A stretch of DNA of 64,000 nt from an uncultured Verrucomicrobiae bacterium (GCA_963837955.1 CAWIPH010000002.1:160001-224000); one strand, 5' to 3'; positions 43,775-54,212 are shown, counted from the stretch's first letter. The notes: generated by a model from the sequence alone, not told the origin. Numbers and translations: made by a program.

Positions 43775-43802
43775 TCATCCATATAGCGGCTGATTATCAA
43801 TA
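43766..43802. repeat. Array of GGNNGATWATCNNCC palindromes at 22-bp period (right)
   Basis: GGTAGATAATCATCC at 43766 (contains the stop codon) and GGCTGATTATCAATA at 43788. Confidence 0.85.
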
Positions 43803-44020
43803 TAAGGTTTGAGGTGATTTGTGATGATGGTAAGGTAGAAAATGTGGGGAAGTGTTCATTATTGTTGAGTTCTATATCGGCGCATATGTTATGGTGTGAG
43901 ACTCACGTTGTTGACTTGTGATGTCTCACGTTATCGGACTTACTTTTCTAAAGGTGAGACTGATTTCGTTAGAAGCTAATTGAGAAAGAAAACAACAGGT
44001 AAAAAAGGAATTCTATTTGA

Positions 44021-44720
44021 ATGACAGTTTCATCTCGTCTCTTCTATAAAGTGCTGCTTACGAACGACGATGGGTTCGACGCTCCTGGGCTTCGGACGTT
44101 GACGGAGGTAGCAGAGGAACTAGCTGAGGAGGTTTGGATCGTCGCTCCGATTACGATCAGAGCGGGACGTCGCATTCTATTAGCCTGCACAGACCGCTGC
44201 GCGTTCGCAGAAGGAAGAGCGCAGATATTCAGTAGAAACAAGAGAGACTGTGTGGCTATGGCGATAAGAATGAGGCCAGCGGAGATTTGGCTTCTCTCAG
44301 GTTACCACGGCGCATAAGGAAGAGAAGATAAGGAAAGGTGGGAGCGGAGATGAGGGGCTATGCTAGGGATAAAGTAGATGGCTTAAGAAAGGAATAAAGA
44401 GAAAGAAAAGAGGTGAGTTGGGAAAAGGCTAGAGAGATAGCTATAAGGTAATAAGGCAGTAAGAAAAGGGAGGCGGAGAAAAGGCAAAGCGTGAACATAA
44501 ATTTACGGAGAGGGGAGAGGAAGCGCGACTAATAAACGATCGAAGAAAACCTGACGGCGGATCCGCTCCAGATCAACGGCGAGATATATTGGCTGTTTAG
44601 ACGCTCAGCGTGGGAAGATGAGGTAGGATGGAGATGTTCGCTATTAGAAGAGGGAGAGTATGGTAAATCTGTAATTAGAGCGGATTAAAGGTTATTTGTT
44701 AGCTTAAAAGCTAGATAAGG
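44021..44720 (+). pseudogene. surE: 5'/3'-nucleotidase SurE, heavily corrupted; end approximate
   Basis: KVLLTNDDGFDAPGL..L..VA..LAEEVWIVAP, then DCVAMAIR and VNINL remnants in C-poor sequence. Confidence 0.75.
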
Positions 44721-45143
44721 ATGATGAAGTATTAGATGTAGTTAGTATTAGTAATATGTAGTGGTGTGGTGGTGGGAGTGATTTTAAAATGAATTGTTTT
44801 GAGTATTGTTCAAGTTGTAAGGGTTATTAATAGATGTCTTTTCACGTTGTTTATTGGAGTTTTAGTTTGTTTTAGTTATATGAAAAACTTTATAGAGGAT
44901 AGCTGATTGGTTTCGATTAGGAAAAGTAATGAGCTATATCTTTGTAGATGGACTTTCTCATATTTCACGATAACTGCTAAATGGATTGGAGAGGAGAACG
45001 TTCTGTCTTAGGACGAAACGATTAAGATAAGAGTTAATAAGTAACAACATGTTACATATAGAACGTGGCTACTAAATTTTGCTACGAGCAACTAATTCCT
45101 GATTCGGGTGCATGAAGGGCAGATTCGTCAGTTAAGCTTCCTG

Positions 45144-46130
45144 ATGCGAGCTCTTGTACTTTCATGTTATGGCGGACTAAGTGCACGGCGTTGAAGACGT
45201 GCAACAGCGGTCGCTCGGAGCTGGTGAACTTCTCGTTCGAGTTCATGCAGCCGGACTTAACCGGTCGATTTCAAGACGCGGCTGGCGCCTGAAGATCGTC
45301 CACAAATATCGGCTCCCGATAGTGATGGGAAACGAACTGCTGGTATCGTAGAAGCAGTGGGCCGGGAATGATGCGCTTTGCTAAGAGCGACCGCGTGTTT
45401 GCGCGCGTGGACAAGAACATCATGGGCGCCTTCGCGGAATACGCCGTGGTCGACGAAGATCACGCGGCGCGGATGCGGGCGTCGCTGGACTTCCCATCAG
45501 CGGCGGCGGTACCGCTGCCGGCTCACGCGCTGCAGGCGTTGCGCGACGAGCTACACTGAGCGCCGGCCAGCGTGTATTCATCCCAGGCGGCGCTGGAGGA
45601 GTCGGCACTTTCGCGATCCAGATCGCCAAGCACTGGGTGCGCACGTCGCGACGACGGCCTCGCCGCGCGGCGAGGCGTTAGTCAAGCGGCTTGGCGCACG
45701 TGGTGATCGACTAAGCGCGAGCGCTTCGAGGAAAAGCTGTCGGGCTACGACTGCGCCTTAGATCTGCTCGGCGGCGACACGCTGGCGCGTCTGTGGTCGG
45801 TGCTCAAGCCGGGCGGACGCGTCGTCTCGATCGCGGGCATGCCGGAACCCGTGACGGCGCGAAAGGATTTGGGACGCGGCATCGGCCTCGCTGCGCTGTT
45901 CTGGGTCGCCAGCCTGCACACACGAGTCCGTGCTGCACGTCATGGTGCACAGCTATCGCTATCTTTTCATGCACCCGAGTGGCACCGATGGCCTATCTGG
46001 ACTCGCTGATCGACGCCAAGAAGCTTGAAGTCGTCATCGACCGAGTTTTTCCGTTCGCTGAGGTCAAGGAAGCGATGGCTTACCTGGAGACCGGTCACGC
46101 AAAGGCAAGGTCGTACTGGCGATGAGTTGA
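45144..46130 (+). pseudogene. NADP-dependent MDR-family (quinone) oxidoreductase, multiple frameshifts
   Basis: Fragments MRALVL..YGG, VRVHAAGLN, GAFAEYAVV, FIPGGAGGVGTFAIQIAK, LKPGGRVVSI, AMAYLETGHA. Confidence 0.8.
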
Positions 46131-46199
46131 TCCGGCGAGAGGCAGCTCTTTTGTAGATTTCTAGCTTTTTGGATGGATCTTCTGATCGAATTATCCAAT

Positions 46200-47180
46200 G
46201 CGACTACAAGCGGATTGCAACGGCTTCTTGCTCTTGATGCGATCGGATTTCGGATCGAATTCTCCGCGATACTGGGATTACCGGCTGCGTGGCCTGCATC
46301 GTTTACAATCACCAACTCTGAACGGGGCCATAGGCTATGTAGCTTCGACGCCGTAGCAAGCGGTGCCTGAAAATCGAAACGTCCATTCACGAGCACGCCG
46401 GAATCTCCGCAAGCCTGTCCACCTCACGCAGGACACGTCCATCGCCAAGCCACCCATTGTGATAAACGTAATGCGTAACAAGCCGCGCATAGGCCATCGC
46501 GAACGCGGATCTTGGAATGGAGCCGCCAACCGGACACAGGAGGCCAATCCGGAGTCGCGGACTCCCACAAACACCACGCAAGAGCAGTCTGTTCACGGAC
46601 CGCAGGATTGGAATCCCGCAGCGAGCGACAGTAAGCCTCGATGATATCTCCATCGCGATCAACAACCGGCAAGGCGTTGCGGCGGCGTTCCCACTCTTCG
46701 GGGAATAACACCCCAGACGTCACGAAACAACCAGTCAAATTCTTCGCGCCGCCCAGTCGTAACTCCAAACAAGATCAATTCTGTCACAAAGGTAGAAAAC
46801 TGTTCGGCATAGGCAAGCGCTAACGCGCTGCCCCATGATCCGCCCAACACCAACCACCGCTCGATATGGAGGTGAATTCGCAGCAATTCAATGTCGGAGA
46901 TCAGGTTCTCTGTGGTGTTCCTCGACAACTCCGTCTCAGGGAGGCTCGCATGAGGTCGGCTCCTCCCACAACCACGTTGATCAAACAGCACAATGCGGTA
47001 CGCAGCGGGATCGAATAGCCTTCGATGCCATGGATTACACCCCGAGCCGGGACCACCATGTAAGACAATAGCAGGCTTGCCACTAGGATTGCCGCAGACT
47101 TCCCAGTAGACGAGATCGCCGCCACCGACCTCCAGCATGCCCTTCGCATACGGTTCGATCTCGGGATAAACGCCTGACAT
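46200..47180 (-). pseudogene. pip: Prolyl aminopeptidase (proline iminopeptidase), frameshifted; end approximate
   Basis: LHGGPGSG, FDQRGCGRS.P, GGSWGS nucleophile, C-terminal GRFD..P and DAGH. Confidence 0.85.
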
Positions 47181-47318
47181 ACCTTGCCAATCCTGTCGGA
47201 TTATAAAAAACTTTGAACAAATTTAACAAACTACAAATTACGTCCAAACTGATCCACTTTAGCGTCAGAGGGGATTGAGCAAGGGGCACGTCTTAACAAA
47301 CAACAAAAGTGTTGCATG

Positions 47319-47722
47319 TTAAGACGTGACCTTTCTGTGACGACCACCCTCGTCGCCAGGCAATTCAATAAAGAACAGACGGAAGGTGTCCAGGCTCAAG
47401 AGTAGTGTCAGCCCGCTTGAGATCAAGGTTACCCAACGCCATCCGACCGAAAAGAACACCAGATCCAATACGAACAAAACATTTGCCAGCCACGCCACGC
47501 ATCCGACAAACAGGCTCATCCAGCCTAAGCCTAATACCGTTAACCCAAACCAGGGGTCTGTAGCCGGTGGCGTGTCGCTGCCGGGTAGTAGCGCGAGAAA
47601 AGTAGGGCGGGGCAACAGCAGGCTGCGCTGTAAATGAGAATGATTACGCTCGTCAATACTAGGCGGGCACGCAGAGTGAGCTTCGACTTACCCGACTTAT
47701 AGCTTGATTGCTGATTAGACAT
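47319..47722 (-). CDS. Hypothetical membrane protein, frameshifted
   Basis: Hydrophobic ORFs 47540-47722 and 47319-47615 (G...L.LGW......AWLAN) overlap in different frames. Confidence 0.45.
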
Positions 47723-47825
47723 GCTTGCAAGACTTAGGTCTGTACATTAGTGGCTCTGGAATGGAAGTTGATTTTAATGCGACACCTCAAGGTCGAGTTA
47801 TCATCACCAATCGCAGAACAGCTGA

Positions 47826-48393
47826 ATGGAGCGATCAGAGGTTACCGACCTTCACTACTTAGCGCCGATCTCCAATGTCCCCTCAATTCTGCAGCGCGGA
47901 ATTTTGCGACACAGCGGCTCAGAGGATTCAACATGCCGACCTTTCGATGGCGGTCATCCAAACACGCAGGTCGGCCAAGCGAGTGCCAGGTGGTCTTCCT
48001 CTCCACGATTACGTTAACCTCTATTTCAACGGCGGAAACAAAATGATGGCCGCGTGCCGCCCGAAACATTCCTCGATTTGCGTTCTAAGGATAAACTCAG
48101 ACGTGCTCGACGTACCAGGGGCTATTATTGCGGATCAAAACGCTGCTTCCACCTACGCGATGTTTCTGCCGTCTCCTGCGGGAAAAAAAAGCTGACGACC
48201 CTGATTTTGGTTGTTCTTCCGATCCTGAACTTGATCTGATGGAATGGCGCTTGGGTGCGGTTTGCGCTGAGCTTTGATATGACAGTGGACTGGTTTATAT
48301 TTGGGGCATACGTAGCGGACAACAATGGTCTCCGGGCGCTCCAGAAAGCGCTCCGACTTTTCCTCAGTGGTTAATTCAGACATATTTCTTTGA
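47826..48393 (+). CDS. darT: DarT-like DNA ADP-ribosyltransferase toxin (DUF4433), frameshifted
   Basis: LHYLAPISNVPSILQRGIL, RRSAKRVPGGLPLHDYVNLYF, ADQNAAS, AVCAEL catalytic-Glu motif near 48265. Confidence 0.8.
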
Positions 48394-48398
48394 TCGAG

Positions 48399-49523
48399 AT
48401 GGAATCAAAAATCCGAGTTCTCCTAGGGGATTTCTTAGTTCGCCTGCTCAGACGTTGGTAAATACCGTGAATTGTGTGGGTATCATGGGTAAGGGAATTG
48501 CTCTTGAGTTCAAAAAGAGGTTCCCGGATATGTTTGAAGATTACCGTCGCCGCTGTGCAGCCGGTCAGTTCGGCTTGGACGGCCGTATCTCTACAAAAAC
48601 TTAGATGGCCCATGGATCCTCAATTTCCCGACGAAGAATCATTGGAGACAAGTTACAGACCTGCGCGATATAGTTTCAGGGCTAGTATTTCTTTTATCAG
48701 GTATCGAGACTGGGGTATCACATCTTTGGCTGTACCACCTTTAGGTTGCGGTAATGGTCAGCTTGAATGGCGCATTGTTGGCCCGACCCTGTATCGCTAT
48801 TTAGCGCGCCTAGAAATCCCTGTGGAGCTATACGCTCCACACGGCACGCCGCACACGGAGCTACAGCCTTCTTTCCTCGGTGATCTCAAACGCGAGGGCG
48901 ATTTGGAAGTGGCAGTTCCGAAACCGCACTTCATTAAGCCGGGCTGGCTGGCAATCGTCGATACCGTCAGACGGCTGCAGTCGCAACCTTATCACCCCCC
49001 CGTCGGGCGTACGACGGTTCAAAAGATCGCTTATTTTTTGACAGAGCTCGGCGTTGATACGGGCCTCCATTACAAGAGAGGAAGTTATGGGCCGTACGCG
49101 GAGGAGTTGAAGCCTCTTGTCGGTCGGCTAATGCAAAACGGATTAGTTCGAGAGCACCGCCTGGGTAGAATGATCGAGATTAGGACAGGAGACACTTTCA
49201 ACGACGCTCGAATCGCTTACGCAGAAGACCTAAAAGAGCTAGAGTCCTCAATAAGAAGGACAACGGATCTCTTCATGCGAGTCACCACGAGTCGTGCTGA
49301 GGTTGTTGCGTCGGTTCATTTCGCTGAAAAGGCCTTGCAACGAGCAAGGGGTCCAGAGGTTTCGGAGAACGACGTTCTAAACGAAGTACTCACGTGGAAG
49401 AAGCGACATCGTCCACCTCTTGATAAAGAAGATGTGGCGCTCCACGTTCGGAACCTGGCAGCCCTTGGGTGGATAAAAGTCAAACCAAGTCGCGACCTTC
49501 CTCTTCCGGAAGAAGAGCTTTAG
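48399..49523 (+). CDS. darG: DarG-like macro-domain antitoxin, frameshifted in the N-terminal part
   Basis: QTLVNTVNCVGIMGKGIALEFKKRFP, LNFPTK, SLAVPPLGCGNGQL.W; C-terminal VQKIAYF..GSYGPY. Confidence 0.85.
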
Positions 49524-49657
49524 ACTCTCGAGTTCTCACGGATCCAAGCGAACCGGACGATAAGTCCTACGTGTGCTTTGCAGAGACGAATCATGAGCGC
49601 TTCTGAGTCTAGCTCACGTTTGCTGATTTGACCTATTAACTGCATATAGCATATACA

Positions 49658-49729
49658 TGTCCCCGCCGGGAATCGAACCCGGATTTAAGGTTTAGGAAAC
49701 CTCCGTTCTATCCGTTGAACTACGGAGAC
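49658..49729 (-). tRNA. tRNA-Arg(CCT)
   Basis: GTCTCCGTAGTTCAACGGATAGAACGGAGGTTTCCTAAACCTTAAATCCGGGTTCGATTCCCGGCGGGGACA; cloverleaf, anticodon CCT, no encoded CCA. Confidence 0.95.
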
Positions 49730-49869
49730 GCTTGAACGGTAGCTTAGTATCGCAAGTTGACCGCGGTTGCAATGACCGGAGAGATAATCGCGTAATGAGC
49801 TTGAATTGGGGCATCCGCGCCGATATTTAAGCTGCAGTCAAATCCCCCCGTCCGAGTGCAGGCAGCAAT

Positions 49870-50682
49870 ATGCCTTACGCGAATGAATCATTAAGACAAC
49901 GCTCCTTTGGTGAGACCATGCGACGTGATGCGTGGTGGGAGCAGCCGTTATTCGTATTTCTCGGGCTTTCGACTTTCCTGGTGTATTCGACTTGGGCGGC
50001 ATTTCAGGGAACTCATTATTGGCTCGATCAAAACGGCGCAGATTATCTTTCGCCGTTTTATTCGCCAGAAATTTTCGGCAGCTCGCCGCATGCGATTTTT
50101 GGACCACAGCCTGGGTGGTGGCCACCGTGGTTATTATTCTCACCCGCCCTTTTGGTTCTGTGGGCACCCGCGGGTTTTCGGCTGACCTGTTACTACTACC
50201 GGGGCGCTTACTACAAAGCGTTTTGGGCTGATCCACCGGCCTGTGCCGTCGGCGAGCCGCGAAAAGGATATCTGGGCGAACATTCCTTTCCGCTCATCAT
50301 GCAAAATATCCATCGCTACTTCCTTTATCTGGCGCTGCTGTTCATTCTCGTTCTCGCGCACGATGCATGGAAAGCGATGTGGTTCACAGATGCGTCTGGT
50401 TCAAAGCACTTCGGTATCGGCGTTGGAACGATTGTGCTCACGCTAAACGTTATTCTGTTGGCCAGCTACACGTTAGGCTGTCATTCGCTGCGCCATTTGA
50501 TCGGCGGTTTCCTGGATGAAATTGCGAAAAGGCCGGTTTGCGCCAAAGGCTACGCCTGCGTGAGTTGCCTGAATCGGCGCCACATGCTGTGGGCCTGGAT
50601 GAGTTTGTTCTGGGTCGGGTTCACCGACTTATATGTGCGTCTGTGCTCAATGGGCATCTGGCATGATTGGAAGATCTTATAA
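49870..50682 (+). CDS. Succinate dehydrogenase membrane anchor (mycobacterial Sdh1-like)
   Basis: Multi-TM; YLSPFYSP, FRLTCYYYR.AYY, QNIHRYF, LGCHSLRH, LN.RHM.WAW; directly upstream of sdhA. Confidence 0.8.
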   Translation: MPYANESLRQRSFGETMRRDAWWEQPLFVFLGLSTFLVYSTWAAFQGTHYWLDQNGADYLSPFYSPEIFGSSPHAIFGPQPGWWPPWLLFSPALLVLWAPAGFRLTCYYYRGAYYKAFWADPPACAVGEPRKGYLGEHSFPLIMQNIHRYFLYLALLFILVLAHDAWKAMWFTDASGSKHFGIGVGTIVLTLNVILLASYTLGCHSLRHLIGGFLDEIAKRPVCAKGYACVSCLNRRHMLWAWMSLFWVGFTDLYVRLCSMGIWHDWKIL

Positions 50683-50771
50683 ACTTTGCATCGTTGAGCC
50701 GTTGCATCGTTCCGCTGCTTTGCCGCTCCCAGCCTGGAATGCTTTAACCTTTCGACGCTTGAGCGAATCAA

Positions 50772-52598
50772 ATGGCTAATTACGAAACACTCGAATACGA
50801 CGTGCTCGTCATCGGCGCGGGCGGTGCGGGGCTGCGAGCGGCTATAGAAGCTTCGGCTGCCGGGGTCAAGGTCGGCTTGGTTTGCAAATCGCTACTCGGT
50901 AAAGCGCATACTGTGATGGCGGAAGGCGGCATAGCGGCAGCGCTGGCGAACGTGGATGACCGCGACAACTGGAGAGTCCATTTCGCCGATACGATGCGCG
51001 GCGGCCAATACGTTAATGATTGGCGAATGGCCGAGTTACACGCGAAGGAAGCCCCTGATCGCGTCCGCGAACTCGAAGCCTGGGGCGCGGTGTTTGACCG
51101 CACTGCCGATGGAAGAATTCTTCAGCGCAATTTCGGCGGTCATCGCTATCCGCGGCTCGCCCACGTTGGCGACCGCACTGGCTTAGAAATGATTCGCACG
51201 TTGCAGGACCACGGCATTCATCAGGGCATCGAAGTCTACATGGAACACACGATCGCTACCTTGCTCACAGATGGCGACCGGGTCGTTGGCGCGTTCGGCT
51301 ATGATCGCGAGCGCGGGCGGTTCAAGGTCTTCCGGGCCAAGGCCATTGTGCTGGCCACCGGCGGCATTGGTCGTGCCTATCGAATCACTAGCAACTCCTG
51401 GGAATACACCGGCGACGGACAATCGTTGGCATATCATGCCGGCGCGGAATTGGTTGACATGGAGTTCGTGCAATTTCACCCGACCGGCATGATCTGGCCG
51501 CCGAGTGTCATGGGCATTCTCGTTACCGAAGGCGTTCGCGGCGAAGGCGGCGTCTTGCGCAACAAGGATGGCAAGCGGTTCATGTTCGCAGAGATCCCAG
51601 AAAACTATAAATCACAAACCGCCGACAACCCAGAAGAAGGATGGCGTTATACGCAGGGCGACAAAAATGCCCGCCGTCCACCGGAACTTCTCACCCGCGA
51701 TCACGTCTCACGTTGCATCATGGACGAAGTCAAAGCCGGGCGCGGCAGTCCGCACGGCGGAGTGTTTCTCGACATTTCCTGGATCAAAGAAAAGCTCCCG
51801 AATGCGGCGGAGCATATTAAGAAGAAATTGCCGAGCATGTATCATCAATTCATGCAGCTGGCCAACCTTGATATCACCAAGGAGCCGATGGAAGTCGGGC
51901 CCACGACCCATTACATCATGGGCGGCGTACGGGTGAATGCCGAAACCCAGATGTCCAGTGTGCCTGGACTGTTCGCAGCCGGGGAAGTAGCCGCCGGATT
52001 GCACGGAGCGAACCGGCTCGGCGGAAATTCATTGTCCGACCTGCTCGTGTTCGGTAAACGGGCGGGCGAATTCGCTGCGAGCTTTGCCAAGAAACATGGT
52101 GCCGGTCAAATTAGCGAAGCCGAAATTGAAGAAGCCGCCCGCGAAGCGCTGGAACCGTTCGATCGCGCCGCCAAAACAACCGGCAGCGCCGAAGGCCCTT
52201 ACCAGGTGCAAAACGATTTGCAGGAATTGATGCAGAGTCTCGTCGGCATCGTGCGGCGAGAAGAGGAGATGGTTCGCGCGCTCGACAGACTGAGCGAACT
52301 TTGGGAACGCTCCCAAAACGTCACTGTCTATGGCCATCGCGAATACAATCCCGGCTGGCACACCGCGATTGACTTGAAACATCTACTCACGGTTTCAGAA
52401 GCCATTGCGCGTTCGGCTATTGAGCGCAAGGAGAGTCGCGGCGGACATTTCCGCGACGATTTTCCAAGCAAGAGCGTAGCGGACGGCAAAATGAACATTG
52501 TTCTTCACAAAGCTGCGGACGGCTCGATGCAGGTGCGACGCGAACCGATTGCCGAAATGCCCGAGGAATTGAAGCAAGTCATCGAGGAGATGAAATGA
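50772..52598 (+). CDS. sdhA: Succinate dehydrogenase/fumarate reductase flavoprotein subunit
   Basis: GAGGAG, AHTVMAEGG, QFHPT, HYIMGG, HGANRLGGNSL, ESRGGH. Confidence 0.95.
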   Translation: MANYETLEYDVLVIGAGGAGLRAAIEASAAGVKVGLVCKSLLGKAHTVMAEGGIAAALANVDDRDNWRVHFADTMRGGQYVNDWRMAELHAKEAPDRVRELEAWGAVFDRTADGRILQRNFGGHRYPRLAHVGDRTGLEMIRTLQDHGIHQGIEVYMEHTIATLLTDGDRVVGAFGYDRERGRFKVFRAKAIVLATGGIGRAYRITSNSWEYTGDGQSLAYHAGAELVDMEFVQFHPTGMIWPPSVMGILVTEGVRGEGGVLRNKDGKRFMFAEIPENYKSQTADNPEEGWRYTQGDKNARRPPELLTRDHVSRCIMDEVKAGRGSPHGGVFLDISWIKEKLPNAAEHIKKKLPSMYHQFMQLANLDITKEPMEVGPTTHYIMGGVRVNAETQMSSVPGLFAAGEVAAGLHGANRLGGNSLSDLLVFGKRAGEFAASFAKKHGAGQISEAEIEEAAREALEPFDRAAKTTGSAEGPYQVQNDLQELMQSLVGIVRREEEMVRALDRLSELWERSQNVTVYGHREYNPGWHTAIDLKHLLTVSEAIARSAIERKESRGGHFRDDFPSKSVADGKMNIVLHKAADGSMQVRREPIAEMPEELKQVIEEMK

Positions 52599-53341
52599 AA
52601 ACGGCGATTTTCAAAATCTGGCGAGGTGACGCGAACGGCGGAAACTTCGTCGATTACAGCACGGAGGTTTCCGAGGGCATGGTTGTGCTCGACGCTGTTC
52701 ATGCGATTCAAGCCACCCAGGCCAATGATCTCGCCTGCCGATGGAATTGCAAAGCCGGCAAATGCGGTTCCTGTTCGGCGGAAATCAACGGCATGCCGAA
52801 GCTCATGTGCATGACGCGACTTGACCAATTGCCGCTCGACAAACCCGTGACTATCGAGCCGATGAGGGCGTTTCCAACCATCCGTGATTTAGTGACGGAT
52901 GTTTCATGGAATTTTCGGGTGAAGAACAAAATCAAGAAGTTCAAGCCGCGCCCACCCGATGCGCCGGACGGCACTTGGCGCATGGCGCAGGCGGACATTG
53001 ACCGCGTCCAGGAATTTCGCAAGTGCATTGAATGTTTTCTGTGCCAGGACGTTTGTCATGTGTTGCGCGACCATCATAAGTACGAGGAATTCATCGGCCC
53101 GCGCTTTTTAGTTTTCGTGGCTGCGTTGGAAATGCACCCGCTGGACACGGAAAACCGAGTGGCGGAACTGAAGAAAGCCGACGGTATCGGCTACTGTAAC
53201 ATTACGAAGTGCTGTACCAAAGTCTGTCCGGAAAACATCACCATCACTGATAACGCGATTATTCCGTTGAAGGAGCGCGTGGTTGACGAGTTTTACGATC
53301 CGTTAGGGAGGTTGCTGAAACTGTTTCGACCCAAAACCTGA
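52595..53341 (+). CDS. sdhB: Succinate dehydrogenase/fumarate reductase Fe-S subunit
   Basis: CKAGKCGSC..C, CIECFLCQDVC, CNITKCCTKVCP. Confidence 0.95.
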   Translation: MKTAIFKIWRGDANGGNFVDYSTEVSEGMVVLDAVHAIQATQANDLACRWNCKAGKCGSCSAEINGMPKLMCMTRLDQLPLDKPVTIEPMRAFPTIRDLVTDVSWNFRVKNKIKKFKPRPPDAPDGTWRMAQADIDRVQEFRKCIECFLCQDVCHVLRDHHKYEEFIGPRFLVFVAALEMHPLDTENRVAELKKADGIGYCNITKCCTKVCPENITITDNAIIPLKERVVDEFYDPLGRLLKLFRPKT

Positions 53342-53353
53342 AACGAGAGAGTC

Positions 53354-53851
53354 ATGTTTGAGCTGAAACGACTTTCTGAAGAAGCTATCCCGGCAGCACT
53401 GGAAAAAGCTTTACGCTACCGTCTGCTAAACGAGCCGGCGGAGGCCGAAAGTATTTGTCACGATGTGCTGCGCATTGATCCGGAAAATCAGCAAGCGCTG
53501 GTGATTCTGTTGTTGGCGCTGACCGATCGCTTCGGTAAGGGCTACGCCGTCGGTATCACCCAGGCACAGGAAGTTCTGTCCCGTCTTCGCGATCCGTATG
53601 AGCGGACCTATTACGCGGGCATCATCTGCGAGCGGCGGGCCAAGGCGCAACTTCGTCAGGGCTATCCCGGCTCCGGCCACGACGCCTACGAATTCCTGCG
53701 TGAAGCGATGAGCTGGTACGAAAAAGCGGAAACGCTTCGCCCGCCCAAAAACGACGATGCACTGCTTCATTGGAATACGTGCGCCCGTATCATCATGGCC
53801 AATCAGCTCACGCAGCGGCCGCACGAGAAGGTCGAGTTGCCGTTGGAATAA
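53354..53851 (+). CDS. Hypothetical helical (TPR-like) protein in the sdh operon
   Basis: 12 bp after sdhB; helical-repeat patterns AESIC.DVLRIDPENQQAL and A..WYEKAE. Confidence 0.75.
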   Translation: MFELKRLSEEAIPAALEKALRYRLLNEPAEAESICHDVLRIDPENQQALVILLLALTDRFGKGYAVGITQAQEVLSRLRDPYERTYYAGIICERRAKAQLRQGYPGSGHDAYEFLREAMSWYEKAETLRPPKNDDALLHWNTCARIIMANQLTQRPHEKVELPLE

Positions 53852-54212
53852 CGGGATTAACTACTCGAGGATTTCCCAGCTCGACAATGGATATCTCCGG
53901 GCGGTTGTCGCCGGAAATGATGTTCTCGTCCGAATGCGCAGATCGAGGTGACCACGGTTTCACGTCGTCTTGTGAAAACCAGACCAAACAAAATTTCTAG
54001 AAGTTGAAACATTTCCACAAAGTGTCTGGTAAAACTCTCTCGGAACCTTTTGTGAGATGATACGCCATCAGGGGAGCTGGATTTTAATTGTCAGCTGACG
54101 CACCTGTTTATGGAAATTGCGTCCGGTCCTAGACACTTCAACTCCCCAGAAACGAATGAGATAGTCATCTAAGAATCTAAAACGCAGCCTTGCAGTTCAA
54201 ATCTGCAACATT

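Noticed and set aside
43896..43961. GTGAGACT / CTCACGTT short repeats as transposon-end binding sites
   Set aside because: Only 8-bp matches, in a low-quality C-depleted region, with no transposase nearby
42000..49729. Intact integrative element or prophage at tRNA-Arg
   Set aside because: No integrase or phage genes, and I could not find a duplicated tRNA 3' end by eye
54069..54106. Hairpin CAGGGGAGCTGG..TCAGCTGACGCACCTG upstream of the PEP-CTERM gene as a riboswitch
   Set aside because: It does not match any riboswitch consensus I can verify by eye; an Rfam scan would be needed
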